Of a stretch of 64,000 nt of DNA, positions 62,430-64,000 are shown piece after piece. The translations under genes were made by a program, and so were the position numbers. The notes under the pieces are model-generated. The model saw only the letters and a list, made by a program, of their open reading frames with translations. It did not search any database and was not told the DNA's origin. Source of the stretch: the human T2T-CHM13v2.0 reference genome, Homo sapiens; the NCBI RefSeq assembly GCF_009914755.1, contig NC_060934.1; one strand, written 5' to 3'. The first letter of the stretch is position 1; each line of letters begins with the position of its first letter.

Positions 62430-63060
62430 AACATTAGAGCAATAAATATTTATTGCCTCCTTAGTATGTACATGCTGCAAACTCTACTCAACTCTGGGAA
62501 TACCAGCAGAAAACAAACTCTTCTGGAAGGGAAGACAGACATAAAACAATCACACAAATGAAAAGATAATTACAAAGTACAATAAGTGGCATAAGGGTGC
62601 TATAAAAGTGTAACAGGGACTCTAATTTAGATTAAACTTTAAACTAGAGCATGAAATTAGATTGCTAGGTTACGTGGGTTGATATAGGTTATGTAATTGG
62701 TTGTAATAGGTTGACCAGAGTAGGCCTTTTGGAGGAAACAGCATAACACTTATACTGAAACTTGATAAAGTGAGGCATTGGCCAGATAAGTATGGGAAGA
62801 ACCTTCCAGACCAAATAAGTAACACCATGAGGTAGGAAAGTGCTCGGCATTTCAGTGGAACAGAGAGAAGGCTATTGTTTCTGGATCCCAGTGAGTGAGG
62901 GTGGTAATGGCATGAGGTGGGGTAGTATCGTTGGTGTTCCTGCGGCCCCTCCTAATGATTTTGGACTTCATCTCAAGTATAATCAATGAGTCAGTAAGTG
63001 TGGAAAAGGTCAGAGAGTAGAAGAAGCATCTTGAATGACCAAGGACAGCATGAAGGCTTA
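62430..63060 (-). mobile_element. L2 fragment
   Basis: caataaatatttattgcctcc...ggaagggaagacagacataaaacaat... resembles the reverse L2 3' end. Confidence 0.55.
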
Positions 63061-63240
63061 GACTCCAGCACTTAAAAGAAAGCAAGAGAAGAGCAGATAA
63101 ACTTGACCCATTTCTGGTTTCACTAAGTGATTTACTTGGAAGGGCTTCCACACTGTTTTGCTATTAATCTATTTTCATTCCATTGTCACTATTAATCTAA
63201 GCCCCCAAATATGAATTGATGTCATCTGTGGAGTTTATAG

Positions 63241-63429
<189 letters not shown>

Positions 63430-63510
63430 TAAGTATTTCAACCACATTATTTTTGAAAACATCATAATGTGAAAAAATTAGATTTAATAAAACCATTATT
63501 TTATTTTTAG

Positions 63511-63573
63511 GGACAATCCATCAGAAAGATTAGGGAATTTGAAAAATGGAGTAAAAGACATTCAAAAGCACAA
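63511..63573 (+). CDS. PRKG1: PRKG1 coding exon (probably exon 16), 63 nt: (R)DNPSERLGNLKNGVKDIQKH(K)
   Basis: tttttag acceptor, CAA|gtaagt donor. Separated from the previous exon by an 82-nt intron. Subdomain XI (PSERLG). Confidence 0.97.
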
Positions 63574-64000
63574 GTAAGTGTTCTTTCTGCAGAGTTCTGA
63601 ACACGTGACATCATTTCCCCAGGGTGTTGCTTTTTAAGTTATTGGTGTAAAACTAGTATAATTAGCCTATAGGAACATCCAAAGACAGCGTATAAACTAG
63701 TAAGGCTTTTAAATGCCTTTCTAGTTGTGATTATGAAACCTTATTTATATTTATCTGACAACCCTGTAACATAAGAAGCTGAACTCAGTTTCTTACAACT
63801 CATACCAACTAGCATTTTTTTCCCCTCTGGCACAAAGGGGAAATGTGTATTTTAAATTTGGGGATTCTATTCTCTACCACAGAATTACAAATAAAAGTCC
63901 CCTACTGTATCTTACCTGATTTCCTAAAGACAAAATATATTTTTCCAAGCATTTCCTAATTAGATGTTATAACAGGAGAAAAACATAAGTACAGAATACA

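Overview
Primate, almost certainly human, genomic DNA from the 3' half of PRKG1 (cGMP-dependent protein kinase I), on the + strand. Seven spliced coding exons (probably exons 10-16; numbering from memory) encode most of the kinase domain. The rest is intron filled with repeats: a near full-length sense L1PA2-type LINE-1, truncated L1PA/L1PB/L1M copies, Alus, a MER9 (HERV-K HML-3) solo LTR, MER2, MER5, L2, MIR and simple repeats. Main observations: (1) a CpG-enriched stretch just upstream of the first kinase exon has a strong-Kozak ATG in frame with that exon, which could give a kinase-only, PKMzeta-like PKG1 isoform. (2) The full-length L1 lacks its first ~31 nt (YY1 site), has a +1 frameshift at the start of ORF1, intact ORF2 and ORF0, and an apparently two-step 3' transduction inside an 18-bp TSD. 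(3) Two otherwise ~11%-diverged L1PB1 copies 47 kb apart share a 107-bp identical tract, suggesting ectopic gene conversion. (4) Smaller items: a candidate poison exon, an AT-rich palindromic island, a chimeric Alu, an 80-bp tandem duplication and a possible ~2.5-kb intronic deletion relative to the reference. Repeat subfamily names come from recalled consensus sequences, not a database search.
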